The position numbers and the translations under genes were made by a program. This document shows, in pieces, positions 12,414 to 25,447 of a stretch of 64,000 bases of DNA. The DNA comes from Laetmonice hystrix. Lineage: Eukaryota. Below the pieces are notes generated by a model, which was given only the letters and a program-made list of their open reading frames with translations, had not been told where the DNA came from and made no database searches. The stretch covers positions 58,280,001 through 58,344,000 of the forward strand of contig OZ249436.1 of NCBI GenBank assembly GCA_965235115.1, written 5' to 3'. Positions within the stretch are counted from its first letter, which is position 1; each line of letters begins with the position of its first letter.

Positions 12414-15400
12414 CATTAAAAGACCTTGTCTGTCGACAATCCGTAGGTGTGTGTGTGTGTGGAGGGGGTATGTAATGCAGAGTGATACCAAGGCCAGATG
12501 GCAGGCAGAGGTGGCCACTGGCAGGCATATTTTGGCGAGGGGCTCGTACCTCTTAGCCCCCGATGCATACAATTTACACGGAGCGTCAAGTCAACTTTAT
12601 GATACGTCATTCATATTTCAAGACGTTTGGTGATATCATTTATTAATGTTTTCATATTGCTACCCTCCGCTGCTAACCATGAAATAAGTCCTGATCTCAT
12701 ACCTGATGTTCCCGCGCTCTCCTCTATAATCAGGACTTACAAACTCCGCTAAGACTGTAACTCTGCTTTACATTTATTATTAAGACACTAATCTCGAAAT
12801 GGATATATCAAGAGTGAACATTCAGTTTCATAACAACTCTTCATGTTTAACAGGACACTATGTTTCAGGAGCCTTCTACACTGCACCCAAGAACATAAAG
12901 AGCTAGTACAAACAATTGGCCAGAATCTCCCTGATCAAGCATGTGTTTCTGTCTACAAATTCATTTTCCAAGGCCTGGAAACATTTCGCCAAGACACACG
13001 GGAAGGCATACTATCACTGACCGTATGACGATGATCAATATTTGTAACTGGTCGAACAGTCCAACCTGTGCCAGCACGATTTACTGCCTTATCTCGTGGT
13101 TCTCTATGATTTTGTCAGTTCTTCCTGTGTATGGGGATATTTTACTGGCGGCAGGATGGAAAAATAGTTTTGTAGAACAGAGAGAGCCAAAACCTACTTG
13201 GTTAGCATAAACCTTTGCCGGAAAGATGCCTTAAACGATGTTATTGTCCTGCAGGGGAGCTAACATAATTTTATTCGTTTTAGAAAATGTATCCATCGAC
13301 AAAATTAACAGAAAAGTAGAGTATGCGGTGGTAGGCTATGTTGTTTTATAGAACACGTTTCTTCCTTGGCGAGTCGATGCCAATGATCTGGGTTAAAGCC
13401 ACAGATGTCATAATTTAGCTGTTCAAACACCTACGGGTACATGTTCTGTTCATAACGTCTACTAAATTTGTTGTTTAAAACGACTTGTCAGGAGCCTTTC
13501 GACCACAAACGCTATAAATATTCAACACTCAGAAACCCATGACATTACACGCCTCAATCGATAACGGCATGACGATGATGGAAAACCTTCATGTAAAATC
13601 ATAAAGTACTCATACAAACATTCGGACGCCACCGAAACATCACAAAATCCCATTTCTTGGCGGACTTCAGTACTGTTCAATGAAACCTCCCGACTGTGCG
13701 TGTTTGGCTTCACAGGAGCCGCGAGCGATGAAAACAACGCGAGCGTCAACCCGGAATGGCAAGAAAATGCTAGAACGTGCATCAATCACGAACCCTTGGC
13801 TGTCGTGGTCAATTCTTGAGAACTACAAATCAATACTTCAGTGCCCCACAGCACTTGGGACCTTTTACTTTATTTGGCCCTCGCCATGTTGAATTCCCTG
13901 GTTCCCGCAGTCGTCCTTGCCCTACATTTTGGCTGAAGTTTACGTCGTCTGCTTGAAGCCTCAATCTGCGTGCCACGCCGCGTCTGCATTATAGAAAACC
14001 AACAGCTCTGACTGAGTGGTAGTAACTGAGGCAAGTCTTGGCAGTAAATCTACTTTTCGAACCTCGCTTTTTCAACCGTATCTGATGCATTCCTTTATTG
14101 GCTGCCACTTTGATAGAGATCGGGTTGCAGTAATTTAACCCCCACGTTCAACAGGGGAAGGGTTGGAGGAGAATGCCAAAACACACGAATAAACACGTTG
14201 GTGTTCAGACTTGTTAACTGAACAGAGTTTACCCTAGAGGTTTCCAATGACTCTGACTTTACGTTTGGCACTGTACTTGGAATCGGTGTGCGAGACTGTC
14301 TGACTCAAGGAGACATCCATTGAATCTTCTACAAAAAGATGCAGCTGTTGATTGATTGAGTGAGTCAGCGAGTGAGTGCTGGTGGTTTTAGATCGTATCG
14401 GCAACTTTTAGGCCATCTTCACACCGAAAACATGGTTAATAGTAAAATAGTAAAATGCAACTTTTCTCTCACGGACCTGCGGTAAAAGTATAAAAGATCA
14501 GCAGATTACTTCAAGATTCTTCAAACCGGAACCAGAGATAAGGAAAGTGCTAACTGAATAGACCTAAAAATGGGTCGACAATTTAAAAACTAGAATGTGA
14601 TTCTATTTATGTATAATGTAACTATAAATGTCTTATTTTATCAAGTGTCTGATAATTCTGGATTTGAAATAACATTTCTATAAATTATTCCACTGCCCTT
14701 CTATTGCTCTTTTCGACTGAGGACACACTATTCCCCAGTGATTGTTCCTAGGCACCAATACATCTCTCGCATTGGTGAGGTATCACACTGCAAATTTTAT
14801 TCCGGATGAACATGAATACAAGAGTGACTTTTATTTCCCTGATGAGGATAAGCCATTATTTCTCCATGGTACCAGGAAAATGTTGAATCACTCTGGAGGA
14901 AATTGAAGGCACTGGGGCTTGGTCCCTTGTATTCTCAGTGGAGTTTGGTCCAGAGAGGATGGGGCGTGAAGGCTAGGAGTGGGATCCTCCAGTGCATCTC
15001 TCCAGTAACTGGTCTGGTGTACAAAAATGCTCATGTCACAGGAGGAGTTACTGGAGAGGGGACAACTGGTACTTCAGTCAACGGTATATAACGTAATAAA
15101 GTGCATTAGGACTATCATGCCCACTCTCTGCCCAGCCGGCTGTATTGGTTATGGAAATGCGGTTGTCCACTCCTCTGGTGCCAAGTGGCCAGCATAGCAA
15201 TGACCTGTATTGCATCCTATCTCTATCCTATGTTCTAGGGACCATCATCACTGACATTAATCACTGGTATTGGGGCGGTGGGGGAAGGGAAGGGTGATGG
15301 GGTGGGTAGGGTGGGGATGGGTAGGGTGAGGTGGAGAGAGAGGTTGGGGGGGGATTGATCCCATCATCAGCACATGGGTCTGTACGGAGGCGTGCGTTCC

Positions 15401-18400
15401 ATGTGCCATCACTACATCTCCAGGGGTACTCCTGAGACTTGGCCTCCTTCCTTTTCCTTCAGGCAATTACACAAGGCTCGGGTTCTCGAGACACCAGGGA
15501 GGGTACAGCCACTTCGATCTTATAATTAATTGTTCAGGCTGGCCCTCCGCTGGTAATCCCCGAGAAACTTGCCCAAATCCTCCCCAATGATGTGCTTCAA
15601 TTTTGCCTAATCCAGAGGTAATGAGGGGAGTAAAGGCACGACAAGAAACGACTGGGCCACGCCAATGAAATTAACAGGCTGACCCTCTTCAGGCAATGAG
15701 GGTATTTCGGACAAGCTGAGAAGTTGCGATATTAAAGGGAGGGGTATTTGCGTAGGTGACTAGATGATGACCAGTGGTCAGCCGCCCAGGTAGGCTAATG
15801 GCCGCTGGCCTGACCTCGCGGGAGCTTAGGGACCTTCTGAAAGATTTATACTGGTTGCACTCTCGCCGGCCCCATCACCTTCTATATTCTCAAGCACCTC
15901 GTTATTATAATCAGTGTTTATTCTGACGCAATAAACCGAGAATCACTTAGTAATTTACTATGACACGGCAAATCTCCGAAGATGTAGAATGATTCTCCAT
16001 GACACCAAACTCTCCTATTTGCATCTCAATACGATGCAACGGTCAGCAACTGAACATCGCGTCCTGAAGTCGCCTTTCCAATTTAAGCTTGTCATAGAAT
16101 TAGTTTAGAAACATAACTTCCCCGGACAAACGACTGAGGTAGCAACAAAATCTTGATTCAATTGGAAATAACAAACCAGCATTTTCAAAAACAATCGTCT
16201 TGATGAACGTCTACAGAATTTCTGAACTAATATTCTTCATTATCAAGCGTTTCTTTAGACACAATTGTGATAAATTAAGTTTAAACTTTCAGTTTCCCCC
16301 AGACAAGGTCCCAATAGCAAGTAACTCCCCAAAAAATATTAATAGAATGCCAAACGTGGTCAGTATGAAGATTTGGTGGGGGTTGCTCTCAAGCCGAATT
16401 CACTCAGAGTTATTTTTTCGGGATCATGTGATCTAGCATGCGAGTACTGCCAGTCCCATAATGTGAGACATAATATACATGGCACTACATGTTAGGTTTG
16501 ACTTTATTGAATACCCTAACACCGCCAGATAGGTACTCCGTCAAGTCCTGATTAAATAAAATTAACCCTTGTTCCACTAGGAAGCTGATCGACGGTGGGC
16601 GTGTCAAACGTTGCTAACTGTCTACAAAATTAGTGTATCTATAATCACTATCATTTCATAGGTACTTCCAATCTACATTTTTGTGCAAATCTTTCCATAT
16701 GAGACTTGTATCTTTAAACATCGCTCAATAATGAATACGAACCCGATAACTGGGTTCTTTTTCCCAGGCAAAACATGATTTATTAGATATGTAAGCGGAA
16801 ACCGTTAAATCACTTACCGTTTGTGAGGATAGCGTTTGGCGTATTACCGACAAAATCAGCACGACGATGGAAGCCTCGTACACGATGCAGTTACACTATG
16901 AAACCCAGCACCACCACCTGATGACTGACGCCAAACTGTGGTTACATTTTTTCTCGTTTTAATCAGGATTTTAGAGGATGTCTGCAGCTAGTTTGATGCA
17001 AATAAATCAAATCTTCCCTAGGGCCTTCTTTTTACCTGGATATTTCCCCTGATAACAATGCCTTAGATATAAGGGACAGATTAAAAGGTGTTTTAATCAC
17101 CTTATCTAATTTTTTAGTTTGTGAAGGGGACGGGGAGAAGCCCATTTCTTATTCTATGAAAAGTATCAGTGATATGATGAATATTTGATTGTTTTGTGCT
17201 CATGAATCATTCATTTGTCTTCTCTAGTTCCATCCTCCGTCGGGGTTGGGCATTGAGGCGACAATCCAGGAACTGCGTTATGACTGGAACCGAAGCGATA
17301 AATATGCGAAGTCCTGCTGAAAAGGGATCAAGCACACTGAAACCGATGCCAATTACTCGAGCCGGTAAAACAGGTGGCCGTAAAACACGTAATCGAGTAT
17401 TGTTTCCTGTCTCATCCGGCCTCGTACCGGCCATCATCAGAGCCATTATTACCCGTGCCTTGCATGCACGACAGCCACCCTATGTACCCGTATCCTACAA
17501 TAGTCCATCAAACCACTAAGTGTACGCCATCATTCCCTCGTACCAGACACAATGTCCAGTCCCTGCCTACTTCGGAAGCTGACCGGTCTCTTATAACAAC
17601 TCTGGTCGAGGGTTTTACCCAAACAGATCAAGTAAATTGGTCGGTTTCTGAGTTATTACAAGATGTGGCCATCTCCTACATTAACCGACTGGTCAAGGAG
17701 TCATGTTGACCACTGTCGGTTCAGACACTGATCCGGCCGACAATGGGGTAACAAGAGAGATGAATCACAACGACATGAATAAAACATTTCACTATGCAGT
17801 CCTAGTAGTTGTCAGTTGTTGAGTCAGCACTAATGCGACCATCCATATGAACTCTCCTGAAGCGATTACACCTTCTATATTACCCGGCAACTTGGGTTAT
17901 GATACAGCTTCAACAAGGGCAGCCTTCACATCCTTTTACCTTGGTTCCGAACTTCCCGGATAGAATAAAATGACCATACCTGTTATGTACACAGCCAGCT
18001 CTCACTCAAGGTAAATCCAACCATACATACCTGAAATGACAAGAAATAATACATTATTCCATTATAGCGTTCACAATCGGCTTTTTGCGGCGTAAATACC
18101 TACTACATTAGGGGACGAAGGTATTCTATCCCATGACATTAACTTGACCTTCGTCATTCAACCAACTATAAACATATTGCTGATTTCATGACTGAAAAGG
18201 ATAATTAATGGTAACAGTAAAACATCTATATAGTTTAGTGAGACTATCGACCACCAGTAATATACCCACTCTTAACAAACTACCGTCGCTAGTTGCATCC
18301 TCTAATAGAGTCAGCACGTGTCGCCCATTCGGTAGATTGTTGATAATGGTAAATGGTAAGGCAATGTGCCAGGCCGTTACAGTAAGAGGGCAGTAATTAC

Positions 18401-18494
18401 ATTATACCAGCCTGACTAATTAATCGATTATTTCCCCCAGTCTCGCCACACCAGTGACACCCAAAAAATCCTCCCAATTTTGTCGAGTTCGTAG

Positions 18495-18803
18495 AAGAGT
18501 TTGAACCTGGACAACAACCGAATGGGTATCATCCGTCACATTTCATCACTCGAACACACGACGGGTAAGCTGAGTGGGAGTTCGATCAATCCACTTCAGG
18601 GTTGCTGAAATAGACATGTCTGTGGACTAGCTGGCAAGATCTGTCGACTTACAGGTCCACCTAAAGGCACTACTGCCTTGGGCGTGGAGCCTTACAATGG
18701 AGCCCATGGAGTTGTTAATATCACGTCCAATATTGGTATTTACACAGTCAGCTCATCGACAAATACTACCGGCCATGAGCATGCCGAGCACATCAGTCAG
18801 TGA
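18495..18803 (+). other. Candidate two-exon fragment with one LRR-like motif
   Basis: Exon 18495-18564 reads KSLNLDNNRMGIIRHISSLEHTT (LxLxxNx-like). Donor G|GTAAGC, 90-nt intron, acceptor ttacag| at 18654. The phase-compatible continuation GPPKGTTALGVEPYNG... ends at TGA 18801-18803. Confidence 0.25.
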
Positions 18804-18989
18804 CGGGTTGCGCAGCCATGTGATCGCTGCCATCAGCATACCCACCTCCAGCTCCACCGCCTTGCTATGCTTCACTTGCTATTTACTGATAATCAAATCA
18901 ACTAATGTTTGAACAATAGGAGAGATATGGATCTTCAAAGGGTGAGCATTCGGCATTTTGTATTACAAACGTCGATCTACACGTAACGA

Positions 18990-20280
18990 CCAATCCCGAC
19001 GACGACGCTCCCTGCTTTCAGTCGGTCCGTTTCCGAGACAACTCGCTGTCAGTCCAGAGATTTTCCCTTTCCGCTTAGTCATTACAGGCTTTGATAAGAC
19101 AGTGGGAAACCAGCAGACACTTTGAAGAAAAAAGTAACATTTCTGATTAGCTTTCTGCATGGAGGCCATCTTCGGCTATGGCTAACATTTCAAGGCACCT
19201 GCCTCGCAATATGACGCGATCGGTCTCCCCTCCCGTTGAAATTTCTCTGTTCCTTTCACCCATCAATACATCAGCGATGAGTGCAGAGATCGCCTTTAAA
19301 GTTCCTTCTGATGGATCCATGTCACTTCTTTCATTAAAACTTTGAAAAACAATTCTGGACGAAGAAAGTCGAAGGAAAGCCAAGAAAAAACCCCCAGACC
19401 GTTTTTTTTGCCTTACTGAGAAATGCTCTGCCGGGACGGAAGTTCCGTGAATAATAAAAGCTAAGAATAGATTGAAATGAGCAAAAATAGCACCACCAAA
19501 CATTCAAACCATGTTTCATCAAATCGTTATTCAGTTTCTTTGCATCTATCTTTACACAAAATGGGCGAGAGTATCGGTCATGATCATCGCTACAAGAAAT
19601 ATTTCACTGACTGCCGAACCGAAATGCCCTTGGAAACACTCAATATAATGACTGTTAACTGTAATTGAGACCATTGGATTCAATGCATTATTATATGTAT
19701 CTACAATAATTATTGTCCTATCCGAATTCAGGATTATACTACATGCGGCAATCTGAGCTGCAAGATTAAGAAGGTTAGATAGCGACCTGACCAAGATCAT
19801 AGTGAGACCTTTGACTCCAATGGTCGACATGAGCAATGACGGGTGTTGTATTTGTACTGGCCAGCCGCTAGACGTCGCTGGGGATGGGTCAGGATCTGTC
19901 CACACTGTGTAACAACGTCCAATGAAAGGCCCGGGGCTGGCAGAGCCGACCATGGGCCAACCCTCTTCAAGGATTACCCGCCGGTACTTGGGATGCAGCC
20001 AGCAAGCCAACCGCCGCCATCTCTGCTGACCAGGTGTCCGACACACCTTTTAACATTGAAGAGAACCTCAAACATCTTCGACATGGCCTCCAATTTCTTG
20101 GGCAAACGTTGGCGCCTGCTCAAGACGCCCAAAGCTCCTTTGTGAACGATGCCCTTGCCCGGCCGATTTGTGGATTGAATGAAAAGTCTTTGGTTCAAAC
20201 CGAGAGGGCCTGAAACCCCTGTCCTAACACAAACGTCTTTCAGGCCATTGCGTTCCACTGATCCTCTTCGATTGTTCAGT
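18990..20280 (-). mobile_element. Highly decayed retrotransposon pol-like remnant (Gypsy- or DIRS-type, unresolved)
   Basis: Minus-strand fragments LEAMSKMFEVLFNVKRCVGHLVSRDG (like RT 'KC...LGHxVSxDG'), VWTD..SSGW and IILNSDRTIIIV (RNase H-like), FQSFNERSDMDP..IADVL (like the DIRS recombinase N-terminus). Many stops and frameshifts. Confidence 0.3.
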
Positions 20281-23200
20281 CAATAAGGATACAAAATACC
20301 CTTAATTTAGATTTGCCGGCAACATTGGGAGCGGCTACTCTTGATTTAAGCAAGATTGGCCTTTCAGCCACCAAATGCACCTAAGTCAAACTTAAGGCCT
20401 GACATTTTAGAAACTGCAGCTCAATCGAGGTGCTATTAAAAGGCACCGAGTATACCCGCCTGTCAATGCTACAACGCAGGTGGTCCAAAGTTTACAGACC
20501 CAAAAAGTAAAGAAGCTTTCTAAGACACAAACTTCAGATAACAAAAATAGCAAGTAATTCATGCGTGCGCAATTTTTGTCCCTTGAAACTTTCCCTGATC
20601 CCCATAGTGCCATTATGTGCAGAAACATCTGCAGAGATAGTCCCGGTTCTCTTGGCCTAAACAAGATCACTAAAAAACAGGACTAGAAATCAAATCTGGC
20701 TGGAGCAATCTGTATACTCCACAAAGTGATTCGGCGGAGCCAAGCCGCTTTAATTCGTGACCCTAACATCGTACACAGCGGTCCGTGTCTGAGATCCATG
20801 GCCTAGATGATCAGCCTCCACTCAGTGAAGTCTCTGTGATCACGGCCGTGACCGAGATCTCTATGATCATATAGCCGGTAACAAAACGCTCCTGTTTCCC
20901 CGGGGCCGCCTACCCTGAGCTCTCCCGGCGCGGCGGTCCTCCGTCAGAAACACGATCCTCCTGCTTCCCCCGGGGGAGGAGGAGGGGGAGGGGGCCCTAG
21001 TGGAGTGAGTGCGGCGGGTGAGGGGAGGGAGTCAAACACGGGGGTGGCAGTCTGTAGAGACACGTGTCTGGGAGGACTGGATCCTTAACGTACACCCTGG
21101 AGGGACAGGTGCAGGACGACGCCTGCTGCGGTGGGCCGATCACAGACACCTGGCCGGACACCAACCACAGTCCGTGACAGGTTTGATCGGTGATAACTGA
21201 CGGCATGCACAACTTTCTCATCAACTCGGCAAGACGGCAATGGCAATGAGCAATCACAGGTGTCAAAGCCATCGAACTTTAATTATGTCAGACCAAACGT
21301 TCTGAATTGTGTCAAAATTTGTGCGTCTTTGCAGGCAATGGAATGTCCTGAAATAACATCTTATGTTGTTGGTCTACGTCTTAATATCTACTGACAGGAG
21401 ACTCGTAACTTGTACAAAATGTTTTAATAAAGGGGCTCGGGACGACCATTACTTATGCATTCTTCAATTAAATATTTCGAGCTTGCACTTAGTTTATTTA
21501 ATTTCCTAATTTTTCTTGTCTGACCGTTAATGTATTGAGTGGTCTCCTTTACAAAGAATCCATTATGGTGTCATACCTTGTTCATGGCCTCCTTGGTGGG
21601 TGAAATCATGCTTTGATCAATACAATCAATAGCTCGAGCGGTCTATGGAGAACACGACAGACATCTTCTACCTTTATTCTCCACAGTTTGGCTTCATGAT
21701 TTCATGTGAACCCTGGTTCCTATCAGGACGTCCACTTATACCAGTCCTCCCCTGGCTGTTTCGGGTCGGTCGGTCCATCTCCCCTTCACCAGTCCTCCGC
21801 AGCCATGAAAGCCGGAGCGTGCCGGTTGTCAAAGCTGTCATCGTCAAGGGCCGGCCGTCATCGCCACCGCCCACTGACCACGAGACGCCCTGACCAAGTC
21901 GGTCCGCAGACCCCCAGGGACCTCCTGTACAAAGAAGATACTGCCTGTCCAACAAAGTCTCCAAATGTCAGCCTCGGCTTTGGGAGCAGGCAGGTACAAT
22001 CCATAATGCTCTCCTCCGGCTGCGAGGAGTTCGAACCGAGTGGGAGTGAGTTGGGGGTAAGGGAGCGACTGAAGACAAAGCCTTGCTGAAATTAATTTCT
22101 ACTCTGTTATATTTGCGGAATCAATGTTTTCATCAAGATAATTCTTTACTGCCATCATATCAACAGAGACATACATTCGGTGCTGAGTGGCCGCCTTTGG
22201 TGCCGAAATCACCCTTCTTCAGCCTTGTCCCCTCCCGCCAGAATCCGCTATATTTATGACAATTAGGCTGTACACTTAGACATTGCTCCGTAGCATGACC
22301 AATATTTTCCCTCCTGCATGCCCGACACAATAGGCTGCATTACAGTGTCTGAAACAAGCTCATTAATTTCAATAAGCAACACATATATTGATTTGCATTG
22401 CCTGACTGCCTCAGCCGGCCCCGGGGACGGATCACACATATTGCCGGTCGTAAGACCATTGATTTCCCAGAGTATACCGTTCTCCATGGGAAATCCACTG
22501 CTGAAGGGATGTGATAGGACGGGGCTATATTTACCCGGCCGCACATACATCTGAATGTCACCGAGGTGCCTCAAACAAAGCGGCCTTCCCTGCTTTACTG
22601 GCCCGGTCCGCATACAGTAATCTCAGATTCCGGCACCACGCTGCTCCGGTCTCGATAATATACATTGAATTTCTCCTCACTCACCTCAACTCAACGATCA
22701 AAAGAACGTGGACCAAGACGAATTATTTGCTGGGCAGGCCTCAGTCGTACAGGGATCTAGAAGAACCTCAATGAAAATGCTTCTATTCTAAATCCTCCTC
22801 CCCGCACTAAAGTTTTACAGAAATGATTCTAGACTGGCCCTGCTCAAATAAAAAACGGCACGACTAGAATGATGTGACCATTATTTTAATAGTTAACATT
22901 TCTTCCACGTGATAATATTTGCCTATACCTTTCCAAGAAAGTTGCGGGATAAACTTGATAACTGTATCCATTGTATAGTTTTATAATTATTACCTAAGGA
23001 GCCGAGGTATAAAATAATATGAGAATAATTATTCACTTTAGCCTAATGTGGTGCAATTACATACCAAATCTTACTAAGCAACAAAATAAGTGAACATTAA
23101 CTAATTATATCATAGTCCCTTTAGGACCCTCCATTTAAAAAGAAGGAAAACGTAGGACACAACCCGAGGCTAGCCACAAATCACAACATACTTAACGTCA

Positions 23201-23584
23201 ATCTGTGTGCAAGTATGGGCCTACATCTCAATCACTACTGATTATGTACGTGGTCAGTGAATAAAGTACCTCTATACCTTCAATAACCACACATAGTGGT
23301 TTTCTCCGAACAGATACCATGGTGGACACCAACAGTGATTTCAACGTTATCCATTGAGTGCCTGAACCTGTACCGCCGACGTCATATGAGAGTCCTACAG
23401 GCGCCTGACGCCTGATCCCCTGCGTTAAATACCCACTTCCAGGTTGGTGGATCTGTGGCCGAGGTGAGGGGGCGCCGGCCAAGGCAGCCGGATAAACGAG
23501 GTGTTAGTGCAGGCACTGGCCGGCTGTCTCCTGGCGAAGTCTCTGCTTCCAGCTGACCAAACCAAGGCCGGTGGAGCAGCGCTC

Positions 23585-23609
23585 GGGGGGGGGGGGGGGG
23601 GGGGGGGGG
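23585..23609 (+). repeat. G25 homopolymer
   Basis: 25 consecutive G. Confidence 0.95.
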
Positions 23610-24116
23610 CTGAGCGCGGCCACAGGTAAGCTTGACCGGAGGGAGAGATCTAGGATGGCGATCGGACGGCAGACAGGTGGGCAGGGGTAGCCGAGCTCCA
23701 GTCTGCCTCAGCTGAGGCGATCATTGCTGCTGGAGTTCAGGAACACTGAGGATTTATGTGGACGCCGGCCGGTATCAGAGCCTTAAAGGATCACACTGGG
23801 TGGGAGAGCCAGAGCTGATGTGACACAGCGAGGGGAGTCACAGTCCTAATTTTTAACGTCCATTTGTTAAAGTTCATACAGAAGATATAAGTTATGCTAT
23901 CGACTCAGAAAGTTGACTTGGCCTAACAGACATTTAAGTGACTTTGTTTCTGATCTATAATTATAAAGAAGTAGGACTGAAACAGGCCAGCCTTATTTAT
24001 CCTGCCCCCACCCACCCTACTGAGTTCTCTGATTGGTTGAGTTTGCCCCATCCCGGCCCCCACCGCCCCTGCCGGCGGACAAACACAACCCTCAATTGAT
24101 GCTCTTCCAGTCCTTC

Positions 24117-25447
24117 AGATCCCTTCTCTTGTTGATCGAAAGAAACACAAAGTTCGATGAAGTTCCCCTCCATACCAGTATGTCTTGCTCTCGTTTGCTT
24201 TTCACAAATCTTTTCCTCCTGCATGTAGGAGCTAAACCGTTCCGTTCCGTTACGAACTGTGTATTTGACCTCAATCTAGTGCTACTATTAACGATTTTAA
24301 CCTTTCAATGAAGAAATGAAGACACACTTTTTCTATTGGGCATCGAACTTTTCAAAGTTCAATTCCACCAGCGGATACAGAGTTCGACAATCACACAACC
24401 TTCTAGGCGTCTTTAATGAGGTAACGGTGCCAGTTATATGTGATCTTTCGTTTCCAACAATTAGATATGGCGTAACGTGACGTATAACCTCACGTGACGT
24501 CACGCACCTCTCAATAGGGCCTTCATTTCCGACCATATCATTTTGAAACCAACCCCACAACTACCGTCACGTTTTGCCCCACGACCAGTATATACATGGT
24601 GGGCTATCTATCATGCAGAATCATACTTAGACCCGCCAGTCACTGCTGAGCTCTGAGAAGATTCTACTTTCAATGAGTTCCCAGCACACGTCAACATGGG
24701 GTCTAGCCCAATTCTAGTTATTTCTTCTTTTGAGGCAAACCTGCAGTGGCATTGAAAGCTCTACTTAGTGAGAAGTACATGAAGTACCACTGCTACTGAG
24801 CCATCACTCTAAAACAGGCATCAATATTTCAACGCTTGTACTGTAATTACTAAAAGCTAGTCAAGCACAATTTAAAATACAATCCAAAAGCAATGTATAT
24901 ACAAAATCTACGAATTGATTCTCCTGCAAAGAAGCTTCCTTTCCAAAGTTAAAGTCACTTTCCATTAATTTGATCTGGGTTTTTTTCTTCACACTTTGGC
25001 CTTTTTCCCATCCAATTAGTTGCATGATAGATGACTGGTGATCAGACTGAAATGACTTAATCTTCTGTCTCATTACTTAATCCATTACTAAAGCTCTGAT
25101 GGATGTACTTATTACAGGCCTGCAATCCGAGATTTTGGTTCGTAACGGCAACCAAAGCCTGTCCCCTACACCATAAAACATGCCTGTATTGTCAACATTT
25201 CAGAGAAACATATTTTCCCGATGTCACGCTAGTCTTGGAAAAAAATACAATGACTTTTTCTGCAGAGGCCATGCAAACAACATTGGCACAACACGTTAGA
25301 CTGTTTCTTTTACTCTTTATTTATTTATTTTTTTATTTACTTATTATTTGCAAACGCAGTGTCAACTAAACGAGAGAAAGACATACTGGTATGGAGGGGA
25401 ACTTCATCGACCTTTGTGTTTCTTTCGATCAACAAGAGAAGGGATCT
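24117..25447. repeat. 80-bp inverted repeat pair (24117-24196 and 25368-25447), 78/80 identical
   Basis: agatcccttctcttgttgatcgaaagaaacacaaagttcgatgaagttcccctccataccagtatgtcttgctctcgttt versus the reverse complement of 25368-25447; two mismatches. Confidence 0.97.

Noticed and set aside
21700-21900. Alternative genetic code (TGA read-through) suggested by frames broken only by TGA
   Set aside because: Other similar islands are broken by TAG and TAA too, and TGA is simply the commonest stop in GC-rich DNA.
21674-21964. FN3-like phrase PLTMTALTTGTLRLSW in a minus-strand ORF
   Set aside because: Only a short resemblance; the rest of the FN3 pattern (Tyr/Trp spacing) is absent.
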